Shown here: positions 24,601-36,600 of the stretch, one piece after another | Numbering within the stretch: position 1 is the stretch's first letter | Layout: each line of letters begins with the position of its first letter | Assembly: GCA_028534125.1 (NCBI GenBank) | Contig: CM052816.1 | Span: forward strand, 7,626,001-7,690,000 | Source of the DNA: Lama glama | Lineage: Eukaryota | Direction: 5' to 3' | Length of the DNA: 64,000 nt | The notes under the pieces: model-generated | Seen by the model: the letters and a program-made list of their open reading frames with translations, nothing else | Database searches by the model: none | What the model was told of the DNA's origin: nothing | Program-made: the position numbers and the translations under genes

Positions 24601-27600
24601 TGCACAAGGAGTGCCTCCCATTTGCTAGGTTACATGTTGTTCTGCATGAATGGACTGCGCAGTGCTAGGAAAGCAGACAGATGCGACATGGAACTCACAT
24701 TCTCAGCAGGGGCTCAGCAACTGTCTTCTGCAGATTTGCCTTGAGAAGTTTTGCTTGGTATCCTAGGACTGGAGGGGACCCAAGTGGTCATATCATTTAG
24801 AGTCTCCATCCCACAGATCAGATCCAGAGAGAGAAGAGCATTTTCCAGGGTCACGCAGACAACTAGCAAAAGGGAGAGGTGAAAGGGAAACTTTCTAGGG
24901 TGGTGCCGAGATCCAGAGCTGGGTTCTTGGTGGCCATGAGGCTCAGCAGAGGCTGAGCACAGAGCTCCTCCCACCCCTGCCCTTTCCTGGGACCAGGGAA
25001 GGCTGAATTAGCCTTTGTTAGGTTTAGGAGCAAGTCCAGAGCCAGTTGCTGGTTCAGAGGGACCATCGGCCCATCTGTTGGTTGCACAACCAGTACCTTC
25101 TACTTGGAGTGGCTGGGAGGTGTGGGAAAGCCTGGAGTCCTTAGCCACTCTGGATTTGGGTGTGTCTTGAAAAAGTCTCTTCAGGCTTGTCAGCACCTCT
25201 CTGGGACTTACCACAGATCAGTCCACTCCTCTGGGATCCCTGGGACTGGGCTGGGAAGGCTAGCACGGGACCACTGTGGCAATGGCCACGGTAACTGCTG
25301 TCTGTGACCAGTTGGAGACGGTGCCACAGCAGGAGTGCTGGATTTGCAGTCCTTACTTTTGCATTCAGTAATGATATATCCTCAGTTTCCTCCTCTGTCC
25401 AAAGGTGATGCAACCTTCTGACCACTCCATGGCTTGCTTTAAGAAAAACTGGAGTTCAGGAAGACATTTTAAAAGTGCAAGGCCATTAAAAAAGATACGA
25501 TCCTGAAGTGCTAAAGCGATTTGAAGTCAGCTAGTCCAGTATCCCTGTTTTACCGATGAGGAAACGGGCAACAGAGGGTTGTGACCTCGACTCACACTGT
25601 GGGTTGCGGGCGGACTTCCCGGGATTCCCACTTCACGGTCTCTGAGCTTCTCCTGGGCTGGCTGCCCTCACACGGAGGGGCGTCCAGGGGACTTGGACAT
25701 GATAAGGGATTTTGTCCTTCCATGTCTGCCCCTCGATGCTCTCAGCCTCGGGACCCAAGAGGCGGGGTGAGGTGCTTTTCTCTCAGGCAGCCCTTGGCTC
25801 CCTTCTTCTGCACAGGGCACCTCCTCTGAATTTGAAGTGGTCCCCACCGAGGGGCATTCTCCACCAGAGAGCAGTGGCCGCACCAGAGACACGACGGTGA
25901 GTAGACGGCAGGTCCCTGGGCATGTCCCCCGTCTCCTCTCTGTTTCAGTCACCTGGCTCCGGGGGAGAGGCGTAGGACCTGCTCTCGTCCCCTGGGCACC
26001 TTGGAGTCACCTGGGGATACATGAGGGGCCAGTGCAGGCGGGGCGGCGTGTTGAGGGGGGTGCTTCTTGCTCACATATGCAAATGCCTGGCTGGTGACTT
26101 TCCCATGGGCCGCACAAGCAGACAACATTGTGAAATCCTGGGCACCTTGCCAACCCCGCTGATTTCTGCCAGGCACCAGGCACCTCCACGTTATGACTCA
26201 GCCTTTGGGCCTGTGGGCTCCTAGCCCGGGCAGAGTAGAAAGGGTCAGAGAGGCCCAGACTGGCTTACAGCAGGTGATTGGCCCTTCTGTGCAGGCTCCC
26301 AGTTCCCCCCAGGCTCCCCTTCGGGGCATACAGGGAGGAGGGTAGACCTTCCACTTCCACACACACATGCACACACACACGCACATACACACATGCGCAC
26401 ACACGCACACACAGCCCTCCGGCCCTGGGGTGTCCACCCAACATCCTCATCCTGTACCTTATCCTACTTGCTGCCTTTACTCCAGCTCTGTCCTCCTGCT
26501 CTCTCTTAAAATGGCAGTCTTTTGGAGAACCATTGCAAAGGTCTTAAAGACCTTCAAAAGTCTTAAAGTCTTAAAATGGTCTTAAAGACCTATTCTCTCC
26601 TCCTCCCTCCCTCCTCACTTTGAGATTTTTTTTGGCTGTTATACAGGCAGTTTGTGGTCTAACCGTTCACTGTTAACCTCGGTCTCCACTGCCTCATTCC
26701 ACCAAGGATTTGGGACACAAACGTTGCTCTTTAGTTCACTGATTGCCTCTGTGCAATCAGTGCAGTCCCCATGCAAGGTCGTCCCCATCACATGATCCTC
26801 CAGCTTGCACTGGCATACCTTCAGTGACGAGGGGCTCACAACCACATCAGGCAGCTCTGAGGATTAGAAGGGTCTGTGTTTCGTCTCCTGGGAACCTCAG
26901 TCCCTTGTCCTGTTGTGTCCCTGAGAGCTCTGCAGAGCTGGTTGAGGACCCCTGCTCAGAAAGTATTTCACTCTTATAACCTTGGGCCAGTAACTTCATC
27001 TCATTAATAGGTTCCTCCTTAGCCCCACTATGTGTGTAACCTGTGCTGAGCAAAGACAAGACAGCCTCCATGCCCTCTGGGGGCTTATAGGCCAGTCAGA
27101 GAGGTCAGAGGGATGAGGCAATTTATGAGGCTTAAATAGAGCATCATTTGCCACCTGAGATCCTTCGTGGAAAGAGGCAGTGGGGAAGGAAGGCAGAATT
27201 GAGGAAGCAGCGGTATCTGTTAGAATAAGGCGCTAACAATATTATCTAGGCATTCACTGAACACCACTGTGGCTGTCAGGGCATTTCCAGTGCTGCAGAG
27301 TTCAGATGCAGGAAGTCACTATGAGACAGGGAGTCAGGAAGCCCAAGTTCCAGTCCTGACTGACTCACCGGGCGACGTTGGACAAGTTCCTTCTCCACGT
27401 ACATTGGTTTCCAAGCCTGAACCTGGAGGCTCCCCATAGCTCTCACTTCCTGTGGCTCCCATATATGTTTAGGGGAGGCCTACAGAGCAGCTGAAACAGG
27501 GGCAGGGCCGGGAAAGACGAGCAGATGGGACACGGTGGGAATGAAGCACAAGGAGGCGTGGGGGCTCCTGCAGGGTAAGGTGGGGCCTCGGATGCCTGGG

Positions 27601-30600
27601 AGGTGAACTGAGCTCGATGCCATCAGCTTCAGGTGCCCCTGTGGAACCTTGGGCACTGTCTATGGTGAGAGTGTTCTAGAAAGAGGAGAGATGGAAAGGA
27701 GAGAGACAGGGAGAGAGAGAATGAATTCTGACTGGACTATCTGGCCCAGGGTTTGCTTCTTTTCTTCTATTCTCTACTAGTTTGGGGTCCTTTGAGCTAT
27801 CTAGAGCTAGGATTCTTAACCTGGCCCGCAATCCCTGAGCCAAAGGAGCAGGGCTGCACGTGGAGGGGTACCCTTTCCTGGGCCCCATGCTTTCTCTGCA
27901 CGAGGACCCTGTGTGGTCAGAGGGCAGAAAGAGGGCGTGGACATTTAGTAACTGAGGATTCTGAGGCCCAGTGGACAAGTGATCTACCCACAGGCACTCG
28001 GCGAGGCCTGGAATGTGGGAGGCAGGTGGCTCCACGACTGGTAAGCCAGCCAGTGGCCTGGGAGTCCCAGGTCCTGCCCTGTGACTCAGCCCCAGACAGG
28101 GAACCTGCGTAACTGGAGAATTTCCCCGGGCTGAGCTGGGATGAGGGGAAACTGAGTCATGAGGAACGGGGAAGTGGAGGGGGAATGGCTGGTGTCACCT
28201 ACTCAGATGGTGCTGAAGAGCAGTCTGCATTCCCCGCCCCCCAGTACCTGGGCCCCCTGCCCCACGAGGACAGCAACCTGATGCTGCACCTGCAGCGCCT
28301 GGAGACCACCCTGAGCGTGTGTGCCGAGGAGCCGGACCGCAGCCAGCTCTTCATGCACCTGAGCCGCATGGCCCTCGAGTTCAACCGGCTGGCCTCCAAG
28401 GTGCACAAGAACGAGCAGCGCACCTCCATCCTGCAGGTGAGGCCGGGCCGGGGAGGGTGGCCTGGGCTGCGCTGGGCTGTGTGGTTCCCCTTCCGCTTCC
28501 TCCAGCTCTGCTGGGGAGTCCAGGGTTCCTCGGGGACTTCTGAGGGTGAGGTTGGGGGCCCGACCTGGGCTTCTTGTTCAAGATGGTGAGCAGGGTAAGG
28601 AAGTTGTGGGAAGGGACGAGGAAGAGGAAGGAAATTGGGAAATAATGGGGTGGACGATGCAAATTTCATGGTTGGGTTTACCCCTGAGCCTCTGGCTGTG
28701 GGTAGGTCGGCAGCAGCTTGGCCTTTCTTGTTCTTCACATACAGGTGGGGAGAGAGGGGACAGAGGATGGCCTCTCGTATGTCTGCCCCACCCCTGCGGT
28801 AGGACCATCATTATCCCCACCATAGCTCTCAGAGGTGATTTTTTTTTTTTTTTTTTGCCTGAGATCACCCAGCTAGTAGATGGTGCAGCTGGGATTTGAA
28901 CTTTGATCTGTCATGTCCCAAAGCCCATGCTCTTAACTCCCATAACCTGCCTCCCCCAAGAGAGGGAGCTTTCTTTCATAACCCTCCTTGTTACGAAAAT
29001 GGGAATGAAGTCAGATTTTCTTCCTAGACCAGGCCAGGCCTTGGGCCATTTGGTCCTTGGTTCCAGCAGTGACTCTTTGTTGCTCTCTGACCTTAAACAA
29101 GTCACTTATCCTCTCTGTCCCTCAATGTCCTCATCGGTAACATGGGTCTGGAGCTTCCTCCCTCAGGGAACTGCAGTGAGTATTAAATGAAGCCCCTAGT
29201 AGCGTCGAGAACATAGTAAGTGCTTGAAAAGTGGTTAGTGATTTTGTGGTGATTGGGCATCCACACTGGGCAGGGGATCTGAGCCTCGAGGGCTTGGGAG
29301 TAGGGAAAGGTTCACAGGTGGTGAAACTGAGGCTCCAAGAGGGCCTGCTTAGGCCCTGAGCACTTGTCCCCTTAGTGACAGAGCTGTAACTGGAAGCCTT
29401 CCTCCCTCCTCTGTGCCAGTCACCGCCCTGTGGTCTCACTCATGTCTGTAACATTGGAGTGACCAGTTGATGGGTGGCGGGAGGTGTTAGCTGTGTGCAG
29501 CCTTGGGAAGGGCCTGGGTCGGCAAGAGCAGGAGGGGTGTCCAGGCGGAAGACAGATGAGGGGCTACTCTGGGAGTAGTGACTGGAGCCTGGAGGGCCAG
29601 GCTGAGGGAGACAGCCTTCGGTTGTCAGTCGGCGAGGCTCGGGATGTCAAGGTGAGCTCTGAGCAGGTGAACCTGGTGCACTGCATGGAATGGGATCACT
29701 CTGAGTGTCTCCTTTTCAGCTTTGAAATGAGGATTGATACTAGGCCTCATAAAAGGGGTCCTGCCAACCTGTTATTTTTATACCAGACTCCCGTTTGTTT
29801 CCTTCTTAGCTCTTCTCATAATTTGTCATAATTTTATTTTATTAAGCGGTTTACTTACTTTGTGTTTTTCCCCTTGTGCTCCCTGCTAGAATGTAAGCTC
29901 ACAAGAGGGGCAGGTACCTTGTCTGTGTATTCACCACTGTACCCCAATGTCTGGCACTTAATACGTGCTGAGTGTGCATTTGGTGAATGAACGAATGAAT
30001 GAGTGAACAAAGGAGCTCACAGAGGAGCTCTCGTAACCCCTTCGGTGGAAAGTGATGACCTTTGTGATGAATTCTGTCCATCAGCTGCTTTGTGCCCAGG
30101 ACATTTGCCCAGAGACTCGGAGGAAATAGCCCTCTAGCCTGGAAGGGCAGAGAGCATGTGAGGCCTTGTCCTGGCCTCCTGTAGTGACCACAGCAGGGCG
30201 TTCTGTTCCCTGGAGGCCCTGCCCAGGGCCATGGCATCCTGGGTATTTGCCCAACCTGTGGGTGGAGGCAGAATAATCCGGTTCCTCCTCATTCATACAC
30301 TGATTGGTTTCTTGGTTCACTCAGCACTTCCAAGGCCAGGTTTGGCACAAGGCCTCTGCTGGGCACTGCAGCCAGTCACAGTGGTTTTCTCTTCCTTCGT
30401 GTCTGAGTCCCCACCAGTTCCAGGCTGTCTCCTCCATCCAGGCTTCCCAGGTCTCCCCTGTGTTGGGCAGGAGGGGCTCGGTTTTGCTGTGGAAACAAAC
30501 AACTCGTAACGTAAAAGTTTTCCCTCACGTCTGTGTGGCTGGGGCTTGTTTCTGCTCTGCACTCACGTAGAGGCCCACTGTCCTGTGCCCTTTGGAATAT

Positions 30601-33600
30601 GAGGCAGCCTCTGGGAAAAAGAGACCAGAGGATGGTGCATGGCCGAGCCCAGAAGTGACACTCGTCCCTTCCACTCACCTTTCATCGGCCAGAACTAGTC
30701 ACGCGATCACGGCGAACCTGGGAAATAGATGCAGGAGAGTGTCTGTGCCCCCAGCCCAGCTCACAGGCTGCCATCTCCCTTCTCTGCTCCTTCATCACAG
30801 GGGAAGGAGGCACAGTTTAGGGTCTGCCAGATGGAGGTTAAGCCCGGTGGTGATTCTTAATAGTGGTACAACCTCCTGCAAATTATGTCACCTGCATTTA
30901 GCCTACCTTTAAAACAGAGTCAAATATGTAGCTTTGGTCCCTGTCTTCCATGCCCCCCACCTCATTGCACTCAGACGCAAGTCCTTAGGTGTTATCAAGT
31001 GCCTGGCAGCTCACAAGTCACTTGCACTCGCCCTGTCTTCTTTGTCCTCACAGCTCCTAAAAGGGGGGAGGGAAGCAGCAGGTGTTCCATTTTGTAGGGG
31101 AGGGAACTGTGACTCAGAAGCAAGGGAACCCTGAGCCACACCAAGGAACTGGTGAGGTTTTGACCAAGTGCCCTGTCTTCCGACTTGCCATCTCACAACC
31201 TCGCACACTGTCCAAATTCACTAGGCTTTAGGCCTCCTAGGACTCAGGTTTTCCTGTTTCATTTATTCATTTAGCCATTTAGCCATTCAGTCTTCCTGCA
31301 ATGGAGTTAAATGACAAACTGTGCTGGGCCCTGGGCTGGGGATCCGGCAGAAATCCCTAGGATAAGAGAGTGGTGAGGGGGTCCCAGCCCTCTGGGAGTT
31401 CATGGACTAGCAGTGGGTGGGGAGTGGGCATTAAGAAAGTAGCACCACCACTGGTTCTTTAGCTCTAATTATCACAGGTACAGAGAAGGGTGAGAACAGT
31501 GGAGGATAGTGGAGGTGACCTGACTCACTTGAGATGTAGGAGTCAGGGAGGACTTCTCTGAGGAGGTGACATTTAGGCAGAGACTTGAAGTAGGAGTAGA
31601 AGTCAGCCAGGGGAAGGCTGGTGGAGAAGGGCATTTTAGGCTATGGGAACAGCAGTGAAGGAGGAGGAGGAGGGTTGATACTTTTTGCCTTGGGAGTCCA
31701 GAAGGCCCTTAGGCTGATTCTTGATCAGGCATCCTCACGGCTAGCTCCTGACGGAGACGATGCATAGAGGAGCCTGAATGGGCCTCATGGTATGGCTCCC
31801 ACTGTCCCAAGAGGGATTGGCTGAGGCCATGCAAAGGGGATGCTGTGTTGGGACCTGGTGTAGCTATGATGCCTCCCCTGCCCTCCAGTATCAACCTGGA
31901 TTTGGGATGCACCCCTTCCCTTACCTTGCCCCCGTCTCCCTCTCTGCCCCGCAGACCCTGTGTGAACAGCTTCGGAAGGAAAATGAGGCCCTGAAGGCCA
32001 AGCTGGACAAGGGCCTGGAACAGCGGGATCAGGCTGCTGAGAGGCTGCGGTGAGTCCAGGCTCCTCAAGGAAGGGGTGAGGAGCAGATGGGCAGGAAGAG
32101 GGCGGCTCTGGTTTCTGGGCTGAGAGCTCTGAGGCCTGTGCCCAGGGCCCTGCTTTGGATGTCAGGTCTCTTGTTCCTTCTCCTTGGGTACCTTGGTGTT
32201 TTGTCTCTGGCTCTTTTAATACCTTTGAGAGTACCTGTTTATAAAGTGCCTTGAGAGTTTTAGAAGGTCTATACAAGGTACACTCCATCCTTGGGAACTT
32301 GCGCCCTCAGCCTGTTAATCGGGCGGGCTGGCTGTTGGAGAGAGGGCCCAGGACTTTGCTGCCCCCTGCCGGTCACCATCCTGTCTTGCTGTTTTTCTGA
32401 GAACAGTCAGGGGTTGCTCATCCAGGCTACCGGGTCTTAATTGTGCATCAAGACCACCGAGGGTCTGGGAAGGCATTACAAGTTTGCCCTCCCCGCCCCT
32501 TCTGTGCTGAGATTCTCGTTCAGTGAGCCTGCGGAGAAGCCTGGGCACCTGCATTTTCCAGTGGGCCTTCGAGATTATGATGTGGGTGGGCCCAGGATGG
32601 CACTTGAGAAGCACTGATCTTGACTGTCAGAGCTCGGAGGGCCCTTTGAGATTATGTGGGCCAAACCCTTCATCGTGCAGAGGGAGACCGAGGCCAAGGG
32701 AGGCCCAGAGGGAGTTGTGTGAGACTACCACTGTGCGGTTTCCAGGCCATATGTGTTGATTGACTCCTGGATGGCCAAGCAGTTGGAGTTTTATAGCCAT
32801 AATGACTCCACCAAAAACCAGGGCTGGAGAAAAGACTCATGATTAGGAGGCAAGAGGGCCAGTCCCCACTGTTTGACCTTGGGAAAGCCACTTTACTTCT
32901 CTGTTTTCCTATTATTGTGTGGGAACCCAGCTGACAAATAGAATATGAAGAAATAGTTTCTATATTTCAATCGTACCTGAATCCACATCACCGTTTTTCT
33001 TATGCTTTGTATCACCCACCCTATTATTTACTCAAGAATTCACGTTAATTTGTATCATGCTTTTACTTAAAATTATTATAAAGAAAGCTTGCACTAGAGT
33101 AAATGAAAACCAGCATGACCTGCAGTAAATAGAAGATAACTCCAACAACAAATGCAGTGAAGATGGAGGGATGGTGGTTAGTTCTGGCTGATTGCCCACT
33201 GAAGTCTCCGAGCCTGAAGCCTGTGCTTTCTCTGTTAACGCAGGAGACTAGCAGGTACCAGAGAGGTGCTCCAAACCTGCAGCGCTAAACTGAGACTTGG
33301 CCTCGCGTTCTCTACACAGGGAGTCTGAGGATCATTGGAAAGGGTGTCACTTCTTCAAGGAGTGTGGTCCAGGGTTATTTAATGCAGCGTGGGTGCATCC
33401 TGAAGATCTCACGTGTTCAGACATCCCACAGTTGGGGAAACCCTGTGGTGAGAATCAGAGGCTTCTAGGGAAGCCCTGCAAAGTGGCTTAAGGATGCCCT
33501 TTGTGGTTGCACCTAAGGGGCAGGTTTCAGGCACTTGCCTTTCTCCCCAGGACTCACCTGCAACTGAGATGAGTAGTAGGTCCGAGGCCCCCAGCCCCCT

Positions 33601-36600
33601 CAATGCAGGGCCAGCAGTGTGACCTCTCTGTCTGCCTCCAACCCAGGGAGGAAAACCTGGAGCTCAAGAAGTTGTTGACGAGCAGCGGCAAAGATGGTGC
33701 CTCCGGGCAGCCAGGCTCACCAAAGCTGGAAGGTGCGGGCAAGAAGGAGGTGGCCCCACAGCCACAGGTATGTGGTCAGCAGCTCCTTCCTCAGCACCCC
33801 GACTGCCCAGCCTCTAATCACAGTGAGCTCACCTCCTCCTGCTGCAGCCACTTCCACTGTTAAAAGGTTCTGGTCGTCAGTCAGCCTGACAGTTCACCGG
33901 TCAGCCTGACAGTCCGCCTCCCTAGGTCTTACACTCCTCGGCCCTTATTCTGCCATCAGCCACACAGAGCATCCTGTCCCCTGGGGCAGGCGCCCAGGCC
34001 GCTGGGGACTGTGGCTCCGTGGCCCCCACAAGCCTTTTCTTCTCCAGGCTGAGTAGCTGCAGTTCCTTTGGTCATTGCTCATAAAGACACGTCATTTGTG
34101 CAATCTGGGCATGTCCCCTAAACTCATTCCAGTTTGTCAAGATCTGGTACAGGGTGGCTGTAAATAACAGTTTAACTCTGATTCTCCTAGTGGAATTAGG
34201 GTGTTAGGTTGAGAAAGCCCCTGAGGGGACTCTGTTAAGCTCCTGTGATTGCGCCCTGGGGCCTCTGACATGCAGGGAGGAGGGTGTGGGCCAACTTGCA
34301 GGGCCTGTTAATGCCTTGGGCTGGCGGACTTGCCCCCTCTGTGTGGCTGCTCCCAGCACTGGCTCACATCCAGTTCCTGAGCAGGAGGGAGCTGGCTGTC
34401 CCCTTGGCCAAGTCTGTGCCTTTCCCCTTGCAGAGCTGAATCTCAGCCTTTTCACTGATACGCTTTCCCCCTTTAATGAGGTTTAACGGCTGCACAGCAG
34501 GATTCAGCGTCTTTAACAAACCCCACACCTATGTAATACTAACAATTATCCTAATAACTTAATTATCCATGACTATGTGGCAATGACGAGTTTACTTAGA
34601 ATTTGCAAATCCATTATCTGATTTGGACCTCCTTCTGCATGTCAGGAAGGCAGGACTGGGACTCTTGCTCCATGGCAGGAGTTTTGGAAAGGGCCTGTGA
34701 CATCACATCAAGATTCCCGTATCCACCTGCTCTCAGGCAGACGGGGTGTGGGTAGGCAACATGCTGATGAATGGCCTCCTGAATCCCAGCCCGTGAAGCC
34801 CCTCTCCTCTTCCATTTACCCCTCAACTCAGAGCCTGCTTTGCCTGCCCTCTTATGGAAGTGACTTGCCGACTCTCCTAATCACCCCTGGCTTCTCGGAA
34901 GTCTGTGGGCAGGCCCCTTCTCTCACCCAAAGCCCTCAACATCAGCTCATCTCACTGGACTCCTTGGAAAGGCCAGATGCTCTTATCGCCCTGCCAGGGA
35001 GGAAGGCCCCACAGGGGGCGTGCATTGTGGGCGGTGGTGAAGCCCATACCCTGGAGTGTCATGAGTTGAATGCTGGCTCTCCTTCTTGTTGGTGCATCTG
35101 TCTTGGACAAGTTGCATAAACCCTCTGGCCTCAGTTTCCTCCTCTGTAAAATGAGATAATAACACCTACCCCAGAGGGTGATTAGCGGATTCAGCGATGT
35201 GACATTTGTAAAGTAGATCTAACACTTGGCATGTGGTGGACAGGGAGCATTGGCCATTGCTTTTAATGGCAGATTTGGTGCCGGCAGCCAGGTCGGCGGA
35301 CTCCTCTTTTTCGTGGAGGTTAGGGATGCGTCCCTAGGAGCATGACACACCTTCTTCCTCCTCCTCCAGTAAGGCTAAGCACAGCTCCCCTCCAGGAGGC
35401 AGCTGGCTTCTAGGGGCAGGCCCATCTCTCACTTTCCTTAAAAGAGGTAATGGTCCCTGGAGGGTGTCCCCCCAGCCCTCCCTCTCCCCCTACTCCCTGG
35501 TTCTGTGATGTGCTTACAGACCTTAGCCTGTAGGGGGCACTTGAGCCCCACAAGTTCTGCACTCAGGCCCCACCAAAGCCACGGAGGAGTGTGGAGGAGT
35601 TTGGGAAGGCAGGACATAGAATGTGGGCAGTGACTCTGGGACAGTTGCTGTCAGGCCCTCAGACTGTCAGAGGCTGGGGCCTTCAGAGACCATCCTGACT
35701 GGTCTTCTCCTTGTGCCGAGGCCCAGAGAAGGTGTGAGTCTTGGCCTCCATCATGCAGGGCCTTGGAGGTAGAGCTGGTGCTCAACGTCTGGATTGCTAG
35801 CTTCGTTCTGCCATTTCACCTCAACAGTTCTTATTTTAAAAAATAATTTTTTAAACTTTGTATTTTGAAATAACTTTAAACTTAGACAGAAGAGAGGCAA
35901 AAATAGTCCAGAGGGTGCCCATATCCCCATCCCCTTAACATCTTACATGACCGTGGTTCAGTTAATCAAAACCAGGAGAGGAACACGGATGCAGGACTAT
36001 GAACGGAGCTACAGACTTTGTTCGAGTTCACCAGTTTTTACTCATGTCCTTTTTCTGTACCAGGATTGAATCCAGGACCCCCCATTGCATTTAGTTGTCA
36101 TGTGTATCTTTGGCCTCCTCTGTCTGTGACAGTCCCCAGTGGTTCTTATCTCTCACGTGCTTGAGGCTTTTGAGTTACACTGGTCAGTTACTTTGTGGGA
36201 TGTCCCTCAGTCTGGGGACCACCTGATGTTTCCTCATGCTGAGGCTGATGTTATGGACTTGGACGAGCAGACCGTGGGAGTGACATCTTGCATCATGTCA
36301 AGGGTACATGATGTCACTGTGTCTATTTACTGTTAATCTTGGTTGTTTGACTAAAGGAGTGTCTTGTCAGTTTTCTCTGTAGTAAAGGGATCGATCTCCC
36401 CTTTGTAATGAACAAATACTTACTTTTTTAAAACAAATACTTATCTTTGAGGAGAAACTTGGAGGCTGCAGGTGTCCTCTGTTTCCATACACTAATTTTG
36501 GCATCCCCTGGGGGATCTCACCGGCAGTGATTTTTATCACGAACTATTCTAATGGCGATTTTGTATTTCCCTCATTCCTTCTCTGTTTATTCATTGGAAC

